A model generated the notes under the pieces. The model searched no databases and was not told the DNA's origin. It was given only the letters and a program-made list of their open reading frames with translations. Of a stretch of DNA of 64,000 nt, positions 1 to 8,766 are shown piece by piece (positions within the stretch are counted from its first letter, which is position 1; each line of letters begins with the position of its first letter). Source of the DNA: a plasmid. The stretch lies in sequence record NZ_CP064874.1; one strand, 5' to 3'. The translations under genes and the position numbers were made by a program.

Positions 1-264
1 ACTTTGGCATGTCGAGCATGTCGAGCTCCTGTTCTGCCTCGCGCGTAGCGCGCTCGCGCGCCGCCTTTTCCAACTCGTCCTTGACGTAGTCCGGGATCTC
101 AAGCCCGGCCTGCTGTGAGACAGCCAGCGCAAGCCAGCTGCTGAGGGGATCCCAGACTCCGCAGCGAGGCGTTCGAGGATCGGGTCGTAGGCCTCCGGAT
201 ATCGAACCGTCCTGACGGCGCGAGGGCCGTATGAACGACGTCCTGGCTTCGCTCTGGCTGGCAT
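1..264 (-). CDS. Partial leftward gene running off the window, possible ribbon-helix-helix (CopG-like) protein. The reading frame appears to switch once near 130–170.
   Basis: Minus-strand ATG at 264..262, about 80 bp downstream of promoter-motif copy 1. The N-terminal part reads '...VRTVRYPEAYDPILERLAAESGIPSAAGLRWL' (beta-strand plus helix, RHH-like). The C-terminal part, in another frame, reads 'LALAVSQQAGLEIPDYVKDELEKAARERATREAEQELDMLDMPK'. Confidence 0.2.
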   Translation of the reverse strand, partial: MPARAKPGRRSYGPRAVRTVRYPEAYDPILERLAAESGIPSAAGLRWLSHSRPGLRSRTTSRTSWKRRRASALRARQNRSSTCSTCQS

Positions 265-345
265 GCCCTGTTTCTAGCACGTAGCTGATTCAGAATCACG
301 GATTGGTTCGGTGCGTCGCGCAGACGGCTCTGAGCTCTCATGCCA

Positions 346-382
346 GGTATAGGCCCAGCCTCGGACGCTTCGCGGACATCGG
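346..382 (-). promoter_or_regulatory. Copy 1 of the conserved 37-bp bipartite motif (CGATGTCCGCGAAG-N13-GCCTATACC), oriented leftward.
   Basis: Same 14-mer and 9-mer with identical 13-bp spacing as copies at 10918, 19103 and 28433, each 45–75 bp upstream of an operon start. Confidence 0.45.
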
Positions 383-408
383 TTCCCGAAAAAAGTTTGG
401 CTTCGCTG

Positions 409-609
409 TTGGTACACCTTTTACGCCTCGCGCGGGCGCGCATGTGTGAGGGCTGCCGCTGAAAAGGTGTACCAGGTGTACCAAACGCGATAAAAACACT
501 GATCAGAAGGCAAAAATGCTTGGTACACCTTGCGAATCGGCAGGTGTACCAGAGGTAATGAAACCCCAGGTCAGCGCTAATTTCGTTGGTACACCTCAAT
601 TGTGTACCA
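409..609. repeat. Array of seven copies of the 8-mer GGTGTACC / GGTACACC in both orientations, in an AT-richer non-coding stretch. Candidate iterons or operator array.
   Basis: Exact copies at 411-418(-), 466-473(+), 475-482(+), 522-529(-), 543-550(+) and 588-595(-), plus a 1-mismatch copy at 601-608. Two inverted pairs (522/543 and 588/601). Flanked by A-rich tracts ('gataaaaacact', 'caaaaatgc'). Confidence 0.6.
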
Positions 610-755
610 CTGCGCGCGAGTCGGGCTTTGCTGTTACAGCGACGTGCGAGCAATACTGCTGCGTCGACGAGGGTTGTGTGTCATCCGACGCTTCCTCGGA
701 GTGGATTCCTCGGGTGGTGTGGCCCGTCTTCGCTCGCTGAGCTCGGCGTGTCGCG

Positions 756-1799
756 CTAGATCTCTCGATCGGCGGGGATCTTCCAGACGCGGGTGGGTTC
801 TCCACCGATTCGCGCGGTCACGGTTCCGGTCTTGGTGCCGATCAGATGTAGCCGGCGCAGTGTCGTGGTGATCGCTTTGATGCTGAGGGTGGGGTCACCG
901 TGCGCGGCCCGGATGAAGGGCAGCGCTTCGGTGGGGCGGATATACAGGTAGCGGTGGTCGGTGCGTCCGATCACCCACTCCTTGGTCTGGCTGGCGTTGT
1001 CGGTGAGCTCGCCGCCGTTGGCGAGCAGGTATCTGACGGCCTCGCGTAGGGCCCAGATGATTTGGTCGTCCTCGCCGAGCCATGACGTCGCGGGCTGGGC
1101 GGGAGCATCGAGGCCGAGGGTGCTCAGGATCGTGTCGCCGAGGTAGAACGCGGCGTCGAGGCGCCGGGGCTTGGCGAAGTCGGGATGTCGGGCGATGTTG
1201 ATCCCATGAGGGTCGAGATCCAGGTGGGGCGCGTTCTGCTGCAGATAGCTCGCGATGATGCGTCGGCCGGCAGCGGCGGGTTCACTTCCCAGCGAGCGGA
1301 GCGGTTGAAGGCTGCGCGGACGCTGGGGAAGCTCGATGGTGATGGAGCGCTCGGCGCTGAGCGGCTGAATTGTCTGAGAGCTGGCGATGATCAGCGCGGA
1401 GGCCTTGCTGAGTGGGGTGGCGAATGAGACGAAGCTCTCGATCTCGATCTCGTCGAGCGCGCTGAGTGGTGCGCGGGGGCTGACGTGGGGGGCGCTGGTG
1501 AGGACCAGTGGCCTGCCGGGCACGACGGCACGTCGGACTCCTGCGAACGTGAGGGGGTCGATGTGTGGTCGTTCGATCTCGCCGGCGAGCTCGGCGAGTG
1601 CGTCGGCGAGCGCGTCTCGGGTTGTGGGGGTTCCCCCGATGATGAAGATCGGTGTCGGGAGGGGCTCGATGTAGGAGTACGCGATCGCGCGGACGAGCTT
1701 GTCGGCGTGGAGTGGGAACGCCTCACGCAGGGGCTCGATACCCGCAGCCCAGGCGCTTCGCGCGTGAGCTGCGGGTATCGAGTCTGCGAGTGTGCCCAT
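756..1799 (-). CDS. Hypothetical protein, 347 aa, with a possible C-terminal winged-helix. No family recognised.
   Basis: Long ORF, start ATG overlapping the stop of the upstream 50-aa ORF (ATGGTCA), and the last gene of the long leftward gene string. Confidence 0.55.
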   Translation of the reverse strand: MGTLADSIPAAHARSAWAAGIEPLREAFPLHADKLVRAIAYSYIEPLPTPIFIIGGTPTTRDALADALAELAGEIERPHIDPLTFAGVRRAVVPGRPLVLTSAPHVSPRAPLSALDEIEIESFVSFATPLSKASALIIASSQTIQPLSAERSITIELPQRPRSLQPLRSLGSEPAAAGRRIIASYLQQNAPHLDLDPHGINIARHPDFAKPRRLDAAFYLGDTILSTLGLDAPAQPATSWLGEDDQIIWALREAVRYLLANGGELTDNASQTKEWVIGRTDHRYLYIRPTEALPFIRAAHGDPTLSIKAITTTLRRLHLIGTKTGTVTARIGGEPTRVWKIPADREI

Positions 1800-1801
1800 G
1801 G

Positions 1802-1954
1802 TCAGCTGGCGTCGGTGTCGTCGGTGCGGATGGCGATGAGTTCGTGGCCTTCGGGGATCTGCGCTTCGAGCATCTCGCGCGCTTCCTGGTAGCTGCCGGC
1901 CTCGACGGTGATCCGCTCTGTGGCGGTGCTGCGGATGGTTCCGATGACGCGCAT
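1802..1954 (-). CDS. Small hypothetical protein, 50 aa (MRVIGTIRSTATERITVEAGSYQEAREMLEAQIPEGHELIAIRTDDTDAS).
   Basis: Not in the ORF track (<60 aa). ATG at 1954; stop TGA 1804-1802 overlaps the start of the 347-aa gene; clean acidic sequence. Confidence 0.35.
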   Translation of the reverse strand: MRVIGTIRSTATERITVEAGSYQEAREMLEAQIPEGHELIAIRTDDTDAS

Positions 1955-1992
1955 GGGCGGACCCTAGTGGTCGTCTCCGACATTCCCCGCTG

Positions 1993-2358
1993 TCATGCGC
2001 TGGCTTGCAGGTGCCGTTGCACGTACTCGTCGAGGGCGGCTCGGACGACGTCGGAGTCGGTCTTCATCCCCAGCTGCGCGCGCAGCTGGTCGACCTCGCG
2101 CTTGCGGGTCGGGGTGACGCGGGTGCGGATCGTCGGGGACGCGCCGGATCCCGCGGCCGTGCCGCCGACGCGGGGTCGTCCTCCGACGGCCCGTGCGACA
2201 GCCTGTGTGCTTCCGAGGGCCTCGAGGAGGAGCTGCTGCCCGATGGCTGCGGCGTCGGCGCCGTGGGCGCTATCCCCCGGCGTTGACGCGCCGGTGGGCT
2301 GCTCTTCGAGCGCGGCGAGGGTGGCGTAGCGCTCCTGGTCCTTCTTGCTGAGGGTCAT
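1993..2358 (-). CDS. brnA: BrnA-like antitoxin (C-terminal ribbon-helix-helix).
   Basis: 121 aa. C-terminal 'IRTRVTPTRKREVDQLRAQLGMKTDSDVVRAALDEYVQRH' fits strand-helix-helix. The start overlaps the toxin stop (ATGA), which is the BrnT-then-BrnA gene order. Confidence 0.5.
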   Translation of the reverse strand: MTLSKKDQERYATLAALEEQPTGASTPGDSAHGADAAAIGQQLLLEALGSTQAVARAVGGRPRVGGTAAGSGASPTIRTRVTPTRKREVDQLRAQLGMKTDSDVVRAALDEYVQRHLQASA

Positions 2359-2633
2359 TCGTTCTCCTCCTCCATCTGTCGGCGGTAGTAGGCGCCCAGC
2401 GGCATGACGTGGTAGACGACGAAGTTGCCGCCGGGCTTGAGTTCAATGAGCACTTCGATCAGCCGATCGGTCTGTGCGTGCTGTGGGCCGATGAAGACGC
2501 GACGCTGGTTGCGGGTGTCGCCGTCGTTGATCTTGACCTTGGTGCTCGTGTAGGTCGCGTTCTGCATTGCGTAGAGAGCGTCAGCGTGGGGGATGTCGTG
2601 CTTGTCAGCTGACTCCGGCCACTCGATTCCCAT
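2355..2633 (-). CDS. brnT: BrnT-like (DUF497) ribonuclease toxin, 92 aa from the internal Met.
   Basis: Sequence from 'MGIEWPESADKHDIPHADALYA...RRVFIGPQHAQTDRLIEVLIELKPGGNFVVYHVMP' resembles the BrnT fold pattern (W..E..K...KH.I.F.EA..V...R.I..R). The track ORF (2355..3017) is N-terminally over-extended into low-complexity sequence. Confidence 0.5.
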   Translation of the reverse strand: MGIEWPESADKHDIPHADALYAMQNATYTSTKVKINDGDTRNQRRVFIGPQHAQTDRLIEVLIELKPGGNFVVYHVMPLGAYYRRQMEEENE

Positions 2634-2893
2634 ATAGGTATTGTGCCACAAAACACCTGTCTGGGGAACGTGCTGTGGAGAAGTCGATGCTCGCGGCCGC
2701 GCGGGGGCGTAGCTTCGCAGGATGGTCCACGACTGGCTGGCAGCCGGCACCCAGCCGCATTGCTGCGGTGTGGTGATGCGCGATCGCCCTGCCGCGTTGG
2801 CGTGCGTGGTGTGCGGCCGTGAGGAGGCGCTGCCACAGGTGGCCTCTCCCCCGGTCTTCGTCGGCGCGAGCATCCACGGAGGATGACCCTCTG

Positions 2894-3775
2894 CTACCTC
2901 GAGCTGGTGATGACTTCGATGATCCGGGGGGCGATCGCGGCCGGCGCCGGCGTGATGGGGTGTTCGGCGAGCTTGGTCGGGTCGGCTTCGCGCCAGATGA
3001 TCCGCCGCTCGTTGCACCAGGTGCAGCTCGCCCCCCAGTGGTACGGGTCGGCGTCGTGCAGCCTGGTGCGCAGCGGCGCCGCATAGGGGCTCTGGATACC
3101 GGCACGCCAGCGGACGTGTGGGTGGAGGTCGGCCGCGGAGAGGTACAGGCGACGCCCGATGCCGAGACCCGCGTACAGCTCCCAGCGGTTGCCATCGTCG
3201 TGCGGGTTGTCCGGGTTGATCGACGGGATGTCGTAGGGCTTCGAGAACACGTCACCGAACCCGTCGAAGGGATCGACGGCGAATCGTCCACGCAGACCGC
3301 TCGCAGCGTGCTGCAGCACGGTCATCGGGTTCCCCTCTGGCGTCGTGGTGCGCAGCAGGTAGATGGTCGGGTCGTCCACCACGCGCCTCACCCGATCGAC
3401 GTTCTCACGCGCGAGCTGTTCCGCGGCCGCGGCGGTGAGCAGCGGGTGGAGCAACTCGTCGTCACCGGCCTGCAGCACAGCCTCGGCCGCGGCCTCCTCG
3501 GCGAGGCCCGGAAGGTGCTCGAGCAGTCGCGGATGCCACTCGTTGGAATGCCGGGAGGTCCGCGCCCAGGCGTTCGCGATCTCGGTCAGCAGCATCGAAC
3601 GCGCCCATCGCTGTGCTGCATCGTCGAGGCCGTCGCTCTCTTCGAGCTCACGGAGCTGGTCGCGTGCGCGTCTGCGGCCGAACCAGCCCGCGGCCGCGAC
3701 TTCGGTCCGCGCGCGCCTGCGCCGCAGCACGCGCCGTAGGTACTCCCCTTCGGGGCTGTAGTACTCGTCGGACAT
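2894..3775 (-). CDS. Hypothetical protein, 293 aa, no recognised domain.
   Basis: Long ORF abutting the tadV stop; clean non-repetitive sequence. Confidence 0.5.
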   Translation of the reverse strand: MSDEYYSPEGEYLRRVLRRRRARTEVAAAGWFGRRRARDQLRELEESDGLDDAAQRWARSMLLTEIANAWARTSRHSNEWHPRLLEHLPGLAEEAAAEAVLQAGDDELLHPLLTAAAAEQLARENVDRVRRVVDDPTIYLLRTTTPEGNPMTVLQHAASGLRGRFAVDPFDGFGDVFSKPYDIPSINPDNPHDDGNRWELYAGLGIGRRLYLSAADLHPHVRWRAGIQSPYAAPLRTRLHDADPYHWGASCTWCNERRIIWREADPTKLAEHPITPAPAAIAPRIIEVITSSR

Positions 3776-4387
3776 TCAGCTGGCGAGGGTGGCGAGGGTG
3801 GCGACGATCGCGACGACCAGGCCGGCGGCGATCATGTAGGGGCCGAACGGGAGGTCCGTGCTCTCGTGTCCGTGCTTGCGTCGCACCGCCGCGATGATCG
3901 CGTGGGGGAACGCGAGGACGTAGGCGACCGCGATTGCGATGAACGGGAAGTACCAGGTGTGCCACCCGGTGAGCAGCCCCACGCTGAGAGCGAGTTTCAC
4001 GTCACCGAAACCGACTTGCCCGAGCAGCCCGAACGCTGCCAGCAACACCGCGAGGCCGAGTGCGCCGCTGATTGCAGAGATCGCTGCACCGCCGGCGCCG
4101 GCAGTGATCGCGAGAGCGAGGACGGTGCCCGTCAGGAAGGCGGCGAGCGTGAGTGTGAGCGCGTCGGGCAGTCGACGCTCCTGCAGGTCCGTGCGCGCCA
4201 GGAGCGCCCCGTAGACGCTGTAGACGCTGATCATGACCCAACTGCCGACCGTGAGCCCGAGATCGGGGCTCAGGGGCGCTGTGATGGCCGCTGACAGAGC
4301 GAAGCCCCCCACAGCCGCGAGCGGGTACCGCAACGCCGGGAAACGTCCCGCGCGCGCGCTTTGGGGGGCCTCACGAGTTGTGGTCAT
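3776..4387 (-). CDS. tadV: Type IV prepilin peptidase, A24 family (TadV/CpaA-like).
   Basis: Polytopic membrane protein with 'GFGDVKL' and 'PFGPYM' motifs. Confidence 0.8.
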   Translation of the reverse strand: MTTTREAPQSARAGRFPALRYPLAAVGGFALSAAITAPLSPDLGLTVGSWVMISVYSVYGALLARTDLQERRLPDALTLTLAAFLTGTVLALAITAGAGGAAISAISGALGLAVLLAAFGLLGQVGFGDVKLALSVGLLTGWHTWYFPFIAIAVAYVLAFPHAIIAAVRRKHGHESTDLPFGPYMIAAGLVVAIVATLATLAS

Positions 4388-4390
4388 GGG

Positions 4391-7300
4391 TCAGCTGGCG
4401 ATCGCGTGGCGCTGTCGCAGCTGAGCGATGAGGGACTGCGTCTCGGTGTCGGGCTCGTAGTCCTCGTCGACGGCGGCAAGGTTCTGCTCGAGCTGCGTGA
4501 TCAGTCGCTCGACGCCGGCGTGGTCGCCTGCCTGGTGCTCGGCGCGCAGACCGTCACGCCAGAAGACCTCGTTGATGGGGTCGACCATGCGTCCGATCGC
4601 GGAGGCGAGGCGTGCGTGTCGGACCTTCCCTGTGGACAGGCTGCGGGTGGCTACCTCATGGGCGACGTCGCCAATGGTCGCGATCATTTCGTTGCGCAGC
4701 CGGTCGGCGAACACGTAGCGCTTGTCGGGGACGCCGCTGATGGGCTGTCCCTTGACGAGCTCGAGCGCAGCGAGCAGCCGGTCGGTGGGGGTGTCAGAGA
4801 TCTCGTCACCGATGAGACCGAGGAAGTCCTGCCAGTCGGAGCGGACGTCCTCGTGCAGCCGGTACTCCCCCGTCGTCACGAGCGGCACATAGAGCTCGCC
4901 GTCATCGTTCTGTCCGAGCCAGCGGCGAGTCTTGGAGGTCAGCCCGTTGCGGTCGTCGTTTGCCTTCTTGCCCGAGGCGATCTGGCCGGGCCAGAACACG
5001 GCGTGTACCTGCTCGGCGGTGGCGTTCGGGTTCACCGACAAGAACGCGACCAGCTCGGTCCCCTTGCGGATTGCCGATCGCCACTGCGCGGCGGTGTTCG
5101 GGTTCACCGGCGCCTCTCCACGCGCGCCGCGAACCTCGACGGGTCCGAGCAGCTGCAGGTACGGCCCACGGTGCAGCGGTGTGATCGCCGCGAGCGGCTC
5201 GTCGTGCTCGGCCGCGGCCTCCTCGTCGACCAGGTCGACCGTGACGGTCTCCGCCGGCTCCTCGTCGACGGCGGCGGGTGCTGCCTCGTCCGCCTCGGAG
5301 ATCTCCGCCTCCTTCTCGGCGGCGACAGGCTCGGAGATCTCGACGTCGGGCTCGTCGACGAGCGGGAGCTGCTCGGCTTCGACCTCGTCGGCTTCGACTG
5401 CAGCGGCGGGGATCTCGTCGAGCTCGAGTTCGTCGTCGAGCGCGACGCCGGTAGCGGCGCCCTCTGTGGCGACGTCGAACAGCGCGAGGATCTCGTTGTA
5501 CTCGCGCGTGCCGACAAGCTGCGGGGTGATCGGGATGGCGACGCCGGTGCCGGGGATCTCGAGCTGAGCTCGACGGTCCTCGGTGAGTGCCAGGTTCCAG
5601 CTGCCCGTCAGGTGGCCGGCGCTGACAGCTGCGATACCGACCCGCGGGATCCGGGTGACCAGCTCGCTGATGGCTTCACGGGTGGCTTCGTCCGGGTTGT
5701 CGCCGAGGATGATGATTTCCGGCGCCCAGGCCTCCGCATCCGCTCCGGTAGTACGTGCCTGCTCGAGCCCGTCGACGCCGAGCTCAGCGAGAGCAGCTTC
5801 GACCGCCGCGGCCTGTCCGTGCAGGTTGCGCAGCAGCGTGTCGGTGTCCTCGACGTGACGCACGCGGCCGCTGCCGAGCGCGAGCGGGAGGCGATCGCCG
5901 ACGCCGACGAGGGTGACCTGGACGTCCTCAGACCAGGTGTTCGCGGCGAGCTCGATCGCGATGGCGGTAAGCACGCCCTGGCGCAGCTCTCCGGTGGCGC
6001 CGGTGACGTTGAGCGCACCGATCCGTTCCAGGTCGACGAAGATGTGCCCGTTGTTGTCGTCGTGGCCGAGCATGACCAGCGCCGGGTACGGCGCGGACGG
6101 GACCGTGTCGAGAGGCTCGAGGTCGGTCAGCGCGACCATCCAAGCGAGCTTGTCTTCGGGGTCGTACTGGGTGAACGGTGCCGGAAGGTCGGTCGGCTCG
6201 TCGAGGTAGACGGCGACCGAGCTCTCATCGAGGCGGAGGGCGTACAGCGCGGGGAGCCGGCTGCCGGTTTCCTGCGCCCACACGGCCAGGTGGCGCAGGG
6301 CTGTGTCGACCGCCTCGGCGCCCAGCGGGTTCTCCACGGCGCGCAGCTCGAGCTCCACGGAGGACACCGTCTCGTCGGGCATCGCGATCCGCTGGCGGGG
6401 CTTGCGGTCGCGGCGCTGCTTGAGACGCCGCCACCCGAGGAGGGTGAGGAGACCGGCGGCGAGTGTGGCGCCGATGCCTCCGATGGTGGCGACCTGGAAG
6501 TAGTCCTCAATGCCGCTCGTGTCGTCCTCGTCGACGTCGACGGCCGCGGCCGGAGCTGCAGCCTCGTCGACGGGCGCCTCGTCGGCGGGCGCCTGGGTGG
6601 CATCCGTGGTGAACCCCAGACCGCTTGTGGCCTCGTCCTCGGCCGCGGCATCCGCACCCGACGCGCCAGCGCCTTCGTCGGCGCCGCCGCCAGCACCCGC
6701 GGCACCAGCACCCTCGTCTGCGTCGACGTCGACGGCGCCGGCAGCGCCCTCGTCCGTGTCGATCGAGCCAGTGCTGCCGGTGGTGCCCGCCGCGTCGTCG
6801 GTCGGAGCGATGGGGACGACGGTGGCCACGGGGATGTTGACCTGCTGGCCGGGGTAGATCCAGTTCGGATCGGTGATGGTGCCGCCGCCAGGCTGAACGA
6901 TGTCTTTCGAGGCCTCGAAGATCTCGGGGTAGCGGGTACCGTCGCCGAGCTCCTCGGCCGCGATGTCCCACAGGGTGTCGCCGGAGACGATGGCACGCTG
7001 CTCGTAGGTGATCTCGGTGACCGTCTCCGCCTCGGCGCTTGCAGGCGCTGCCGCGACATCCGCTGCGGCTGGCACGACGGCGTCTGCCGGCAGGGTGAGC
7101 ACCCATCCCTCCTGCAGCCATCCCGATGCGGTCAGCGCTCCCCCATCGGCCTGCTGCACACCGAGGTTGAGCGCGGAGATCTCTGCAGCGCGGCTGCGGT
7201 CGCCCAGCGTGCTCTCCGCGATCCGGGCGAGTGTGTCCGTACCCGTCACCACGTACTGCGGGCCTGCCTCGACGACAGGGGCCTCCTCAGTCGCAGCCTC

Positions 7301-7714
7301 GGTGGTCGCAACCGAGACGACAGAGGTGCTCATCGACACCGAAGGCTGTGTGGGTACCTCTGACGCAAACGCGGCCGCGGGCGAGAACAGTGCGATGACT
7401 GCGGCGAGCAGACCGCCCATGACCTTCTGCTGGACGCCGAGGCCAGGGATCCGCGGCCGCGGCACGCCGCGCAGCTGCGCGGGCAGCTCGGCGAGGAAGC
7501 CGACAGCGAAGGTCGCCCACGCGATCCACGCGACGATCGGCATGATCGTCCCGATCAGGAAGGATCCGGTGTAGTCGCGCATCGTGAACCCGGCCACGAG
7601 CTCGTCCCACGACGGCAGCGGGTTGCCGGCGAAGAACACGAGCCCGGCGGGGATACCGACCAGGAGCACGGCGAGCAGGATCAGCGACCCGAGGCCCTTT
7701 CCGATGCGGTTCAT
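4391..7714 (-). CDS. Large membrane protein, 1107 aa. Three N-terminal TM helices, two LysM domains and a long acidic/Ala-rich linker. A fourth TM helix precedes a ~650-aa cytoplasmic region ending in a SARP-type winged-helix plus BTAD DNA-binding module.
   Basis: LysM: 'GDTLWDIAAEELGDGTRYPEIFEASKDIVQPGGGTITDPNWIYPGQQVNIP' and 'GTDTLARIAESTLGDRSRAAEISALN'. TM4: 'VATIGGIGATLAAGLLTLLGWRRLKQRRDRK'. SARP wHTH: 'LQLLGPVEVRG...EQVHAVFWPG...YRLHEDVRSDWQDFLGLI', then a BTAD-like helical region. Confidence 0.75.
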   Translation of the reverse strand: MNRIGKGLGSLILLAVLLVGIPAGLVFFAGNPLPSWDELVAGFTMRDYTGSFLIGTIMPIVAWIAWATFAVGFLAELPAQLRGVPRPRIPGLGVQQKVMGGLLAAVIALFSPAAAFASEVPTQPSVSMSTSVVSVATTEAATEEAPVVEAGPQYVVTGTDTLARIAESTLGDRSRAAEISALNLGVQQADGGALTASGWLQEGWVLTLPADAVVPAAADVAAAPASAEAETVTEITYEQRAIVSGDTLWDIAAEELGDGTRYPEIFEASKDIVQPGGGTITDPNWIYPGQQVNIPVATVVPIAPTDDAAGTTGSTGSIDTDEGAAGAVDVDADEGAGAAGAGGGADEGAGASGADAAAEDEATSGLGFTTDATQAPADEAPVDEAAAPAAAVDVDEDDTSGIEDYFQVATIGGIGATLAAGLLTLLGWRRLKQRRDRKPRQRIAMPDETVSSVELELRAVENPLGAEAVDTALRHLAVWAQETGSRLPALYALRLDESSVAVYLDEPTDLPAPFTQYDPEDKLAWMVALTDLEPLDTVPSAPYPALVMLGHDDNNGHIFVDLERIGALNVTGATGELRQGVLTAIAIELAANTWSEDVQVTLVGVGDRLPLALGSGRVRHVEDTDTLLRNLHGQAAAVEAALAELGVDGLEQARTTGADAEAWAPEIIILGDNPDEATREAISELVTRIPRVGIAAVSAGHLTGSWNLALTEDRRAQLEIPGTGVAIPITPQLVGTREYNEILALFDVATEGAATGVALDDELELDEIPAAAVEADEVEAEQLPLVDEPDVEISEPVAAEKEAEISEADEAAPAAVDEEPAETVTVDLVDEEAAAEHDEPLAAITPLHRGPYLQLLGPVEVRGARGEAPVNPNTAAQWRSAIRKGTELVAFLSVNPNATAEQVHAVFWPGQIASGKKANDDRNGLTSKTRRWLGQNDDGELYVPLVTTGEYRLHEDVRSDWQDFLGLIGDEISDTPTDRLLAALELVKGQPISGVPDKRYVFADRLRNEMIATIGDVAHEVATRSLSTGKVRHARLASAIGRMVDPINEVFWRDGLRAEHQAGDHAGVERLITQLEQNLAAVDEDYEPDTETQSLIAQLRQRHAIAS

Positions 7715-7730
7715 GATGCCTCCTTGGGGG

Positions 7731-8747
7731 TCAGGGGACGATGACCGTCTGCAGCTCGTTGACCTCGAGGTCGACTGCGCTGTTGGTGGTCAGGTTGATG
7801 GTGCCGCCGGGGCCGGCGAGAGAGGTCCACGTCACGGTCCAGTTCGTCGTGGCCGTGACCGTGAAGCGATCGCCGGGGTTCCGGCTCGAGGTCGACGTGT
7901 ACTGGTAACCGCAGGTCGGCGACGTCGTCATGCCGTAGCCGACGTTGTACGGGGTGCCGGTGTTGCCGCAGGTCGTCGACGCGCCGTCGCCCATCTGCCA
8001 GCGAACGGACGTGGCCTGAGCGGTCGCCGTGATCGTCTGCCCACCCAGCGTCGCGGTCTCCGTATAGGGGCCCCAGGTCAGGGGCTCGGGGTTGTTGACC
8101 CAGAGCCAGATCGGCACCCCGACGTAGCCGCGACGGTGACCCCATTCCGGGTTGACCTCGGGAGCCATGCCGATGTCGATGCCGCGCAGGGCGAACGTGG
8201 AGATGAGCTGTTGAGCAGCGGCACCCGGAGTGAGCACCCGCAGCCCCGGCGGGACCGTCTCACCCCAGAAGTTGCTCTCCGTGCCCAGGCCCGGCGATCC
8301 ACCGGGCGTCGGGTTGAACATGATGCAGCCGTAGTAGCCGGCCTCCTGCGAGTAGCCCGGCGGGCGGGCCGGCCATACGCCGTCCTTCATAAAGACGTAG
8401 CACTGCCGCGTGTTCGACCAGTACGAGTCGGATCCACCGCAGTCGATGATCGCGTAGAAGCGCTGGTAGGTGCCGCCCTCGAACACTCGAATCTGATCCT
8501 CGGTCCAGCCCAGCTGCAGAAGGCCAGACTGCGAGTTCTCGTAGTAGCAGGTCGGTGCGCCAGGGGTCCACCCGTTGCTGTCCGGGTTCGGCGCCGGATC
8601 CGAAGGTATCGAGATCGTGAGGTAGCAACGCGAAGACTCCGGGTCACACCAAACACCACCGGCAGCATTAGCAGGCGCAGCCGTGGCCATCAAGGTGCCT
8701 GCGATCAAGGCGATCGAGGCAAGGGCGGTGACTAGTCGTTTCAGCAT
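7731..8747 (-). CDS. Secreted protein with signal peptide (ends 'AAPANA'), Cys-containing, function unknown.
   Basis: N-terminal signal peptide 'MLKRLVTALASIALIAGTLMATAAPANAAG'; sits in the Tad operon tail. Confidence 0.55.
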   Translation of the reverse strand: MLKRLVTALASIALIAGTLMATAAPANAAGGVWCDPESSRCYLTISIPSDPAPNPDSNGWTPGAPTCYYENSQSGLLQLGWTEDQIRVFEGGTYQRFYAIIDCGGSDSYWSNTRQCYVFMKDGVWPARPPGYSQEAGYYGCIMFNPTPGGSPGLGTESNFWGETVPPGLRVLTPGAAAQQLISTFALRGIDIGMAPEVNPEWGHRRGYVGVPIWLWVNNPEPLTWGPYTETATLGGQTITATAQATSVRWQMGDGASTTCGNTGTPYNVGYGMTTSPTCGYQYTSTSSRNPGDRFTVTATTNWTVTWTSLAGPGGTINLTTNSAVDLEVNELQTVIVP

Positions 8748-8766
8748 GCGATCTCCCGAGCTACGG

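Noticed and set aside
4361-7363. 1000-aa plus-strand ORF antisense to the LysM/SARP gene, along with many other long overlapping ORFs in this interval (4932..5567, 6127..7059, 6507..7121 and others).
   Set aside because: Low-complexity Arg/Gly/Asp-rich translations typical of antisense frames in 70% GC DNA. They overlap a gene with clear domain content on the opposite strand.
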